Assembly: GCA_050248855.1 (NCBI GenBank)
Contig: JBFWRP010000030.1
Coordinates: forward strand, 1 to 55,336
Direction: 5' to 3'
From: Planctomycetota bacterium
GTDB taxonomy: Bacteria; Planctomycetota; PLA2; JAEUHO01
Length of the DNA: 55,336 nt
Under the pieces are notes generated by a model, which was not told where the DNA came from, ran no database searches, and was given only the letters and a program-made list of their open reading frames with translations. The position numbers and the translations under genes were made by a program. Each line of letters begins with the position of its first letter. Position 1 is the stretch's first letter. Shown piece after piece: positions 47,151 through 55,336 of the stretch.

Positions 47151-50100
47151 GTGCGACGTCGCATCGGCAGACGGTTTGCTCGCGCGTCCAGCGCCGTGGC
47201 CCTGCTCGCGCTGCTCGTCGTGCCCGTGGCCGCGGCTCCGCAGGACGCGAAGGACCCCGCCGCGGACCATCCCGCGCGTCGCGCGGCCCGCGAGGCCATC
47301 GCGGCCGGCCGCCTGGAGGAAGCGCGCAAGCACCTCGCCGAGGTGATGGGCGACTACCCGTCCTCGCCGGCCGTGCTGCTCGATGCCGTTCGCGCCGCCG
47401 CCGATGCGCCCGAGCAGCTGCTGTTGGCCTGGGACCGGTGGGCGACGGCCGTCGCGGACAAGGCGGGGCGCATCGAGCTCGGCAAGGAGGCGAAGGGCCT
47501 CGCCGGAGCCGACGACGGCGCCCGTCGGGAGGTCGAGAAGGCGCGTGCCCGTGCAGCGGCCGACGTCGTGAAGGCCATGGGCAGCGCGCGCGGACCCGCC
47601 GCGCCGCTCGTCGTGAAGGCCTACGACCTCTTGCTCGACGACGTGCTCGAAGGGGCGACGGCGCTGGAGGACGAGCACCGTGACGCGCGCGCCAAGGCGC
47701 GGGCCAAGGCCGCCGAGTCGGCGCCTTCGCTGGTGGACGCGATCACGAAGGCCGCGGGCCGCGGCAGCCGCCCGGAGCAGGCCCGTGTGCGTTTCCGGCT
47801 CGGACGTGCCCTGCTGGGGCTCGCGGCCCAGTCCCGCTACAAGCTGCCCGACGGGCCGGACAAGGGCGGCGACGTGTGGTCGCGCCTGGGCGAGCGCCTC
47901 GTGCGCGAGGCCGAGGTGGAGCTGGCGGCCGCGCAGATGGAGCCGCTGACGCTCGAGGCGCTCGAGGCCATGGATGCCGATGCGATCGCGGCGTTCAACA
48001 AGGCGCATGCCGACCTCGCCACGCCCGGACGCAGCATCACGCCCAAGGGTCGCTACGAGATCGTCACGGCCTCCGGCCACGGCGTGCTGCTGAACGCCAC
48101 CCGGCAGGCCGAGGTGATCCACGATCGCCTGGCGCGTTGGTTTGGCAGCGACCCCTTCGAGAACAAGCGCGGGCTGATCCGCATCGTGTCCTCGTGGGCC
48201 GAGCTGGAGCGCGAGAACGCACCCTACTGGTGGGCCAAGGGCTTCCAGCAGGGGTCCATCACGCGGATCCACGTCGCGCTCGAGTCCCCGGTGGGCATGG
48301 TGCGCACGTTGGCCCACGAGCTGACGCACCGCTTCGACGGTGCTTTCCACGCGGGCCAGCCGGCGTGGATGAGCGAGGGGCGCGCCGTCTACGCGGAGGG
48401 GGCCTTCGAGCAGCTCGACACGCCGGACATGGACCCGCTCTACGCCGATGGCGGTCGCATCGGTGCGGCGGGCTCCCACTTCCGCACGGCGTGGTGGCTG
48501 GGGAGCCTCGTCAGCGGAGCGCTCGACGACTACCGCGAGAACTACACCGCGGGCCACGCGCTCTGGACCTACCTCTCGACGTGGCCGCCGGGCGAGACGG
48601 GGATGTTCCGCGCCCCGCTCGAGGCGTGGATGACGTCGTTCAGCGGTTCGTCGCGCGATGCCGTGGCCGACTTCACGGCGCGCTTCTGCGACGGCAAGGA
48701 CGGGCGCCCGGAGGACTTCGAGGGGTTCGCCGCGGCCTTCGGCGCGTTCCTCGATGGCTTCCACGCGGATCCCGCCCCCCCGTGGAAGTCGCGCTACCGC
48801 CTCGTGAACGACACCCGTCAGCAGACGCGCTTCCTGGACGCCCCGGCCTTGCCGCGCACGCGCGATCGCGAGGAGCCGCGCTTCGGTCAGGACCATCTGG
48901 TGGAGGCGGCGCGTGCCTTGGCGGACTTGGGCGAGGCGAAGGTCGCCATCGCGCTGCTCGCCTGGGGCCTGGCCTGGGACGAGATCCTGGGCGAGGACCT
49001 CGATCTCCTCCTGCGCCTGCTCGTCGGGGAGCGCGAGGAGGCAGCCGCGGCGTACATCCGTCGGGAACGGGAGCGGCATGCGGGCGTGGCCGATCCGGAG
49101 GTCGTCGCACGCGTCGACGCAACGGCACTGGGTCGCCCGCTGCTCACGGGCTTCCTGCGCCAGGTCGCCGATGCGGCCGTGCTGCGCGACGGCCAGGGCG
49201 CCGCGCACGCTGCCGCGCGCTTTGCGCGACTGCACGATCGCGTGGCGGCGTGGGTGGGCGCGGAGCCGCTGGACCTGCCGGTTGCCCAGGTCTCGGGTCT
49301 GCCGACGCGCCTCGATGCCGAAGGCTGGACCAGCGCCAAGCTCGTCCGCTTCGAGGGCGCCCCGGCCCCGGACCGCTGGATGGTCACCCCCGAACGGGAC
49401 CTCGTCGTGGGCCGCAAGGAGGCGGTCACCGCGGGGCCGCAGCGCGACGCCCCGTACGCAAGCGTGTTCGTGCGCAGCAACCGCACGGCGCGCGCGGACG
49501 TCCGCCTTCGTCTTCGCCTGCACTTCCTGACGCCGCACGTCGAAGGCGCCATCGTCGTGGGCCACGAGCGCTACGACCGCAACGTGCAGATCCGCTTCCG
49601 CGCCGGGGAAGCACCGCGGGAGGGCATGCCGCCGCTCCGTGAAGTCCTCATCAAGCGCGCGTCGTGGTCCGTGACGACGCTGCGGCCCTACGACGACGTG
49701 CTGGGCGGGTGGTCGGCGGACGGCATGGTGTCCTTCGCCGAGAGGAACCGCTGCGACGTCGTGGTGGACATCCGGGGCACGCACGTGACGTGCTGGGTGG
49801 ACGGGATCGAGGCCGGTCGACTGGCCGATGCCCAGGGCCGCCCGGTCGACGGGCACGTCGGGTTTGCCGTGCTCACGGGGGCGATCCGCGTGGAGTCCGC
49901 CACGCTCGAGGACCTCGTGGGGCCGCCGGCGCCCGACGCCTCGCCGGAGGCCACGCCCTCGCTGGCGCGCCCGCGCCTGCCCATGGGGCGCTGGGCGATG
50001 GGGCGCGTGCTCGAGGGGCTCCCGATCGGGCCGCACGGTCGGATCGTGCTGTGGCTCCCCTGGGGCGCCCATGGCGAGGGCAAGGAGTTCCTGGCCCTGG

Positions 50101-50459
50101 AGGCCAAGGAGCTGACGTCGTTGGCCAAGCGCATCGCGGGCGAAGTCGACGAGCTGCATCACGAGGCCGACCTCGTGGCGGTCGTGCCGGCCGCGTGGCC
50201 CGAGACGGCGCGAGCCTCGGTGGCCGCCGCGCTGGAAGCGGGCGCGGGCCCAGGCCGTACGTCGGTGTTCGAACACGCCGAGAGCCCTGGAGCGTGCCCT
50301 GCCGAAGAAGGCTGGGGTCGGTCGCCGGTCTACCTGTTCGTCGACGACCGCGGCATCGTGCGCTGCGTGGACGAGCGCGGCTGGCCGACGCTGAAGGAGC
50401 GCGACGGGAGCCGTTGGAACCCCTGGTACCGCTGGATGCGCTACACGCGAGGTTGGTAG
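47151..50459 (+). CDS. Large secreted gluzincin-type metallopeptidase-like protein
   Basis: GGGGAGGGG RBS; signal peptide; LAHELTH...PAWMSEGRA.Y.E (peptidase MA/DUF1570-like). Confidence 0.75.
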   Translation: MRRRIGRRFARASSAVALLALLVVPVAAAPQDAKDPAADHPARRAAREAIAAGRLEEARKHLAEVMGDYPSSPAVLLDAVRAAADAPEQLLLAWDRWATAVADKAGRIELGKEAKGLAGADDGARREVEKARARAAADVVKAMGSARGPAAPLVVKAYDLLLDDVLEGATALEDEHRDARAKARAKAAESAPSLVDAITKAAGRGSRPEQARVRFRLGRALLGLAAQSRYKLPDGPDKGGDVWSRLGERLVREAEVELAAAQMEPLTLEALEAMDADAIAAFNKAHADLATPGRSITPKGRYEIVTASGHGVLLNATRQAEVIHDRLARWFGSDPFENKRGLIRIVSSWAELERENAPYWWAKGFQQGSITRIHVALESPVGMVRTLAHELTHRFDGAFHAGQPAWMSEGRAVYAEGAFEQLDTPDMDPLYADGGRIGAAGSHFRTAWWLGSLVSGALDDYRENYTAGHALWTYLSTWPPGETGMFRAPLEAWMTSFSGSSRDAVADFTARFCDGKDGRPEDFEGFAAAFGAFLDGFHADPAPPWKSRYRLVNDTRQQTRFLDAPALPRTRDREEPRFGQDHLVEAARALADLGEAKVAIALLAWGLAWDEILGEDLDLLLRLLVGEREEAAAAYIRRERERHAGVADPEVVARVDATALGRPLLTGFLRQVADAAVLRDGQGAAHAAARFARLHDRVAAWVGAEPLDLPVAQVSGLPTRLDAEGWTSAKLVRFEGAPAPDRWMVTPERDLVVGRKEAVTAGPQRDAPYASVFVRSNRTARADVRLRLRLHFLTPHVEGAIVVGHERYDRNVQIRFRAGEAPREGMPPLREVLIKRASWSVTTLRPYDDVLGGWSADGMVSFAERNRCDVVVDIRGTHVTCWVDGIEAGRLADAQGRPVDGHVGFAVLTGAIRVESATLEDLVGPPAPDASPEATPSLARPRLPMGRWAMGRVLEGLPIGPHGRIVLWLPWGAHGEGKEFLALEAKELTSLAKRIAGEVDELHHEADLVAVVPAAWPETARASVAAALEAGAGPGRTSVFEHAESPGACPAEEGWGRSPVYLFVDDRGIVRCVDERGWPTLKERDGSRWNPWYRWMRYTRGW

Positions 50460-50488
50460 GTTTCTACGTGTGCCTGGGTGCGTATACG

Positions 50489-50590
50489 CGGCTCGCCAGA
50501 TGCTCGGTCCCGCACCGCGATCCGCTCCTCGAGTGAACAGACCACGAGTCGTCGCGGATCGCGGCGCGCTACCGTCGCCCTGGCGACCCG
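50489..50590 (-). repeat. 102-bp hairpin element A, copy 3
   Basis: Same length and ends as copy 1, with compensatory stem changes. Confidence 0.9.
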
Positions 50591-50683
50591 GTGCGGATCG
50601 ACGGCGCCTCGATTCCATCCGCGGCTGCGCTCGGCACGGCGGGGAAACAACTCACATCGGCGGCGGAAGCCGGAGTCGCTCCT

Positions 50684-51892
50684 TCAGGAGGGCTCGCGCT
50701 CCAGCGTGAAGTGGTCGAGCTCCTCGCCGTCCACGGCGATGGCTTTCGCGTCGATGTGCGTGGGCGAGACCACGAGCAGCACGACGTGGTCGCGGCGGGC
50801 ACTGGCTGCGTTGTGGGGCACGTCTTCGATCTCGTAGAGGGACTTGCCGCCGCCGCCGGTCACCACGTACACCGGGGCCGTCGGCACGCGGTAGCGCGGC
50901 TCCTGGTCCTGGTCGACGGGCGTTCCGTTGCGCAAGGGAAACGTGCGCATGTAGACGTGGTCGTGGCCGCTGGCGTAGAGCGGTACGCGTGCACGTTCGA
51001 GGAGCGGCGCCAAGTGGTCGCGCAGCGCCGGGTCGCCGCGGCTGCGGGATCCTGCGTAGATCGCGCGATGCCCGAAGACGAGGCGCCAGGCCGTGGGCCT
51101 TCCGTCGAGCGTCCGCTCGAGCCACTCGCGTTGGGGGCTGCCGGGCGCCAACGAGGACTCGGTGTCGACGCAGATGACTTCCAGCGGGCCGTGCTGCCAG
51201 CGGTAGAACGTCTCGTCCCCCGTGGCGCGGTTCTCCGGCAAGACCATGGCGTCGAGGATGGGGCGGCCGCCGTCGGTCTTGACATCGTGGTTGCCCAGCG
51301 TCGCGAGCATCGGCACGTGGTCGCGGAGCTCGGCGAAGGGCACCACGAAGCGACCGAACACTTCCGCTGGCGTGCCCGAGGGATAGGCCAGGTCACCCGT
51401 GTGCACGATCAGGTCGGGTTGGAGCTGGCGGATGCGGTCGATCACGGCACGTTGCCGCGGCGACCCCGAACCGGTGTCGCCCACCAGCACCACGCGGATC
51501 GTGGCATCGGGACCGGGCGCCGTGAGGAACGAGTGCGTGCCACCGCGTGGCCGGCCGTGCACGATCAGGCGGTACTGGTAGCGCGTGGCGGGCCGCAGGG
51601 CCTCGAGCCGCACCTCGTGGTTGCGCACCACGCGGTCCGGCGTGACCCGCGTCCACGGCTCGCCGACGGCGGCGTACTCCACGCCGCCCCGCATGGCCAC
51701 GCTGGTCGTCCACGCGATGGTGGCGCCGTCCTGCGTGACCAGGGCGATGTGGGGGGGCCGCGCGATGCCGGGCGGCAAGGCCATGACCGGGTTGCCGTAC
51801 GCGCCGTCGTAGAGCGCATGCCAGATCGGCAGCCCGATCGCCGCAACGAGCAGGAAGACGCCGACCGCGCGTTCGCCGTGGGTGGAGCGCAT
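50684..51892 (-). CDS. Purple acid phosphatase-like metallophosphoesterase with FN3-like N-domain
   Basis: HEVRLEALRPATRYQY; GDTG, GDLAY, GNHD and GHDH. Confidence 0.9.
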   Translation of the reverse strand: MRSTHGERAVGVFLLVAAIGLPIWHALYDGAYGNPVMALPPGIARPPHIALVTQDGATIAWTTSVAMRGGVEYAAVGEPWTRVTPDRVVRNHEVRLEALRPATRYQYRLIVHGRPRGGTHSFLTAPGPDATIRVVLVGDTGSGSPRQRAVIDRIRQLQPDLIVHTGDLAYPSGTPAEVFGRFVVPFAELRDHVPMLATLGNHDVKTDGGRPILDAMVLPENRATGDETFYRWQHGPLEVICVDTESSLAPGSPQREWLERTLDGRPTAWRLVFGHRAIYAGSRSRGDPALRDHLAPLLERARVPLYASGHDHVYMRTFPLRNGTPVDQDQEPRYRVPTAPVYVVTGGGGKSLYEIEDVPHNAASARRDHVVLLVVSPTHIDAKAIAVDGEELDHFTLEREPS

Positions 51893-51998
51893 GAGCACGG
51901 GAGGGTAGTCGGGGCCTGGCCGCCATGCAGGCAAAGGCGTGCCTGCTTCCCGACGTCCGAGGTAGGGTCGCGCCCCGAGACCCCCAGGAGGACCGCCC

Positions 51999-53408
51999 GT
52001 GGCCGAAGTGACCCTGCAGAGCTTCGGTGCCAGCCGCACCGTCACCGGGAGCCGGCACTTCATCCGTGTGGAGGGCCGCAGCGTGCTGCTGGACTGTGGT
52101 CTCTTCCAGGGGCCTCGGCGCGAGTCCTACGAGCGCAACCGCAACCTGCCCATGCGCCCGGACGTGGTGGTGCTGTCGCATGCGCACATCGACCACAGCG
52201 GGGCCCTGCCGGCGCTCGTCCGGGGCGGCTTCCGGGGTCCGATCCACGCCACCCCGCCCACGCGCGAGCTGTGCGAGGCCATGTTGCGGGACGTGGCGCG
52301 GCTGTCGGCCGCCGACGCCGAGTTCCTGAACAAGCGCCGCCGTCGAGGCGAGCCGCTCGCCAAGGCGCTGTTCGACGAGGAGGACGTCGTCAAGGCCATG
52401 GGGCAGTTCGTCGAGCACCCCTACGAGGAGGAGTTCGAGGTGTTCCGCGGTGTCCAGGCCCGCTTCCAGGACGCGGGTCACATCATCGGCTCGGCCGGCG
52501 TGCGCTTGGCGATCGACGACGGTCCCTCGATCTACTTCACGGGCGACATCGGCCGGAAGATGTACCCGATCCTGCGCGACCCTCTTCCGCTTCCCGATGC
52601 GGACATCGTGCTCTCCGAATGCACGTACGGCACGCGCGACCACGCGCCGAGCGAGCTCGCCGGCGACGCGCTGCGCCTCGAGCTGGAACGGATGCTCCGG
52701 ACCAAGGGGCGCGTGTTCATCCCCGCCTTCAGCGTGGGGCGCACCCAGAACATCGTCTACGCCATGGCCCAGCTGTGGCGCGATGGCGTCCTGCCGCCGT
52801 TCCCCGTCTACGTCGACAGTCCGCTCGCCGACAAGGCGACCGAGGTCTACCGCGACCACCCGGAGTGCTACGACGCGGAGACCACCCGCTTCATGGCCGA
52901 GGGGGGGCGGCCCTTCCACGCCTCCAACGTTCGCTACGTCGAGAGCCGCGAAGAGAGCAAGTCGCTCAACGGGCAGCAGGGCCCGTTCGTCGTGATCGCC
53001 GGCAGTGGCATGGCGGAAGGTGGGCGCATCGTGCATCACTTCCTGCACGGCCTGGCCGACCGCGACGTCACCGTGATCATGGTCGGCTGGTGTGCCCCCG
53101 GCACGCTCGGCCGTCGCCTGATCGAGGGTGAGAACCCGGTGCGCGTCCTCGGGCGGTGGCGGGACGTACGAGCGCGCGTCGTCCGCATCAACGCGTACTC
53201 GGCGCACGCGGGTCGGAGCGAGCTCCTGTCGTTCCTCGCACCCGCGCGCGAGCGGGGTTCGGAGATCCACCTCGTCCACGGCGAGGAGGAGACGGCGCTC
53301 GCCTTCGCGGACACGCTCCGCGAGGAGGGCCACGCCCGCGTCAACGTGCCCGAGACGTACGCCGTCTACGCGCTCCGCGCCCGCAAGGACGTCGCTGCCC
53401 GTGCGTGA
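51999..53408 (+). CDS. MBL-fold beta-CASP hydrolase (YSH1/TTHA0252-like putative ribonuclease)
   Basis: VTGS, DCG, SHAHIDHSG, AGHIIGS, TGD, ECTYG, SGMAEGGR, SAH and VHGE. Confidence 0.93.
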   Translation: MAEVTLQSFGASRTVTGSRHFIRVEGRSVLLDCGLFQGPRRESYERNRNLPMRPDVVVLSHAHIDHSGALPALVRGGFRGPIHATPPTRELCEAMLRDVARLSAADAEFLNKRRRRGEPLAKALFDEEDVVKAMGQFVEHPYEEEFEVFRGVQARFQDAGHIIGSAGVRLAIDDGPSIYFTGDIGRKMYPILRDPLPLPDADIVLSECTYGTRDHAPSELAGDALRLELERMLRTKGRVFIPAFSVGRTQNIVYAMAQLWRDGVLPPFPVYVDSPLADKATEVYRDHPECYDAETTRFMAEGGRPFHASNVRYVESREESKSLNGQQGPFVVIAGSGMAEGGRIVHHFLHGLADRDVTVIMVGWCAPGTLGRRLIEGENPVRVLGRWRDVRARVVRINAYSAHAGRSELLSFLAPARERGSEIHLVHGEEETALAFADTLREEGHARVNVPETYAVYALRARKDVAARA

Positions 53409-53447
53409 CCGGACTCGCAGCGCCCCGTACGCTGGAGCGTGGTGCAG

Positions 53448-53531
53448 GGGCCCGTGGCGGAACCGGCAGACGCGGGGGACTTAAACTCCCCTGCCCGCAA
53501 GGGCGTCCGGGTTCGACTCCCGGCGGGCCCA
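53448..53531 (+). tRNA. tRNA-Leu (TAA)
   Basis: Acceptor GGGCCCG/CGGGCCC, anticodon arm GGGGA-CTTAAAC-TCCCC, long variable arm GCCC-GCAA-GGGC and GGTTCGACTCC. CCA not encoded. Confidence 0.95.
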
Positions 53532-53634
53532 CACCTGCCGGGGCGTTCGAGCGGGGCTGGCCCCGCTGCAGCCGGCTGTAGGATCGGGCTTGCACGTCTC
53601 GAACGAGGAGGCACGTTCCAAGCGAGGAGGCACG

Positions 53635-54441
53635 ATGGGTCGCATCGGTCGCGGGTTCAGGATGATGAAGCAGTCTTTCGGGCTGCTGCGCAAGGACAAG
53701 GAGCTGATGGTCCTGCCGCTCTTGTCGGGCATCGCCATCGCCATCGTGGTGGCGTCCTTCTTCTTCGGCATGGGCTTCCACAAGGAGGGCGCCGACGTGG
53801 AGCGCATGGAGGGCACCACGGGCATCGTCACGGGCTTCGTCCTCTACGTGATCACCTACACCGTCGCGTTCTTCTTCCAGGCGGCCCTGGTGGCGGGCGC
53901 GTCCGAGCGGCTGCGCGGCGGCGATCCCACGCTGGGCAGCGCCCTGACCGCGGCCCGCAAGCGTCTCGGCCCGATCGTCATGTGGGCGGTCGTCGCAGCC
54001 ACCGTGGGCATGATCCTGCGCGCGATCCAGGACAAGAGCGAGTGGCTGGGCAAGGTCGTGGCCGGTATCGCGGGCGCCGCGTGGTCGCTGGCGACGTTCT
54101 TCGTGGTCCCCGTGCTCGTCCTCGAGCAGCAGGGCGTCGGGGGCTCGATGAAGCGCTCCGTCCAGCTCTTCAAGAAGACCTGGGGCGAGACGGTGACCGG
54201 GCACGTCGGCTTCGGCATCGCCAGCTTCGTCCTGATGCTGCCGGTCCTGCTGGTGGCAGGCCTGCTTTTCGCCGTCAATCCGATCCTCGGCATCGTGATC
54301 GGCTTGCTGGGCATCGGCTTCCTGTCGGTGTTCTTCGCCGCCCTCCAGGGCATCTTCACGGCGGCCCTCTACCGCTACGCCGCCGACGACGTGGTCCCCG
54401 AGGGCTTCTCCCAGGAACAGATCGCCCACGTCTTCGGGTAG
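53635..54441 (+). CDS. DUF6159-like multi-pass membrane protein
   Basis: GGAGG RBS; S..LL.KDKEL..LP, W..ATFFVVPV.V.E and KRS..LFKKTWGE. Confidence 0.8.
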   Translation: MGRIGRGFRMMKQSFGLLRKDKELMVLPLLSGIAIAIVVASFFFGMGFHKEGADVERMEGTTGIVTGFVLYVITYTVAFFFQAALVAGASERLRGGDPTLGSALTAARKRLGPIVMWAVVAATVGMILRAIQDKSEWLGKVVAGIAGAAWSLATFFVVPVLVLEQQGVGGSMKRSVQLFKKTWGETVTGHVGFGIASFVLMLPVLLVAGLLFAVNPILGIVIGLLGIGFLSVFFAALQGIFTAALYRYAADDVVPEGFSQEQIAHVFG

Positions 54442-54464
54442 CACGCGATGGTGCCCGGCTCACG

Positions 54465-55336
54465 TCGCGAGGCGCGCGGAGGTGTCTGAACCTGTGCCTC
54501 GGAGCGATAGCGACGGTGGCACGGTGTCAGACACCGAAGTGCGACGTTCGCTGGCCGTCAGACCGCGACCCCTCATCCAGGTTCGCGAGGCGCGCGGAGG
54601 TGTCTGAACCTGTGCCTCGGAGCGAAGCGACGGTGGCACGGTGTCAGACACCGAAGTGCGACGTTCGCCGGCCGGCGTACCGCGACCCCTGCGTGTCAGG
54701 CACCTTGCCCACGTTGCCGCTGCGCGGCGCCGCGGCAAGGGTCCAGACACATCCGGGGTCGCTCTGACACCGACGTTCGCCGGCCGTCGGACCGCGACCC
54801 CTGCGTGTCAGGCACCTTGCCCACGTCGCGGCTGCGCGGCGCCGCGGCAAGGGTCCAGACACATCCAGGGTCGCTCTGACACCGACGTTCGCCGGCCGTC
54901 GGACCGCGACCCCTGCGTGTCAGGCACCTTGCCCACGTCGCGGCTGCGCCGCTCCGCGGCAAGGGTCCAGACACATCCGGGGTCGCTCTGACACCGACGT
55001 TCGCTGGCCGTCGGACCGCGACCCCTACGTGTCAGGCACCTTGCCCACGTCGCGGCTGCGCCGCTCCGCGGCAAGGGTCCAGACACATCCGGGGTCGCTC
55101 TGACACCGGCGTTCGCCGGCCGGCGTACCGCGACCCCTGCGTGTCAGGCACCTTGCCCACGTCGCGGCTGCGCGGCGCCGCGGCAAGGGTCCAGACACAT
55201 CCGGGTTCGCTCTGACACCGACGTTCGCCGGCCGGCGTACCGCGACCCCAGCGTGTCAGGCACCATGCCCACGTTGCCGCAGCGCGGCGCCGCGGCAAGG
55301 GTCCAGACACATCCGTGGTCGCTCTGACACCGTCGG
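54465..55336. repeat. Mosaic tandem palindromic array: two 118-bp-period units, then about 5.8 units of 112 bp, truncated by the window end
   Basis: 118-bp units start at 54465 and 54583. 112-bp units start at 54691, 54803, 54915, 55027, 55139 and 55251. Confidence 0.97.

Noticed and set aside
54644..55310. Repeated 72-92 aa ORFs (MSGPLPR...) in the array
   Set aside because: By-products of a repeat whose period is not a multiple of 3; no RBS or coding bias.
54465..55336. CRISPR array
   Set aside because: Whole 112-bp units repeat with only dimorphic variation; there are no unique spacers and no cas genes in the window.

Overview
GC-rich bacterial chromosomal segment. The gene repertoire (HEAT+VWA, prenyltransferase-repeat and DUF1570-like secreted proteins) suggests Planctomycetota; this is inference. 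Housekeeping genes: arginase, lptF/lptG, RluA-TrmH-rsgA, folC, aroB, tatD, ung, MoxR, tricorn protease, a beta-CASP hydrolase, tRNA-Cys(GCA) and tRNA-Leu(TAA). Accessory envelope genes: (i) a divergent uptake locus with a Cys-rich FecA-like TonB-dependent receptor, a NikA/CntA-like binding protein fused to an FG-GAP-like propeller, and TonB; (ii) two tandem carboxypeptidase-regulatory-like paralogs, one with an in-frame TGA; (iii) two tandem lipoproteins fusing an ExbD-like domain to prenyltransferase-type repeats. The most striking unexplained signal is non-coding. A 102-bp hairpin element with compensatory base changes occurs three times, each about 30 nt after a TAG. A 112-bp double-hairpin tandem array runs off the right end. 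Several palindromic repeat modules are shuffled into mosaics across the window. No transposase, integrase or CRISPR-Cas genes were seen. All family assignments come from motif recognition by eye, not from database searches.
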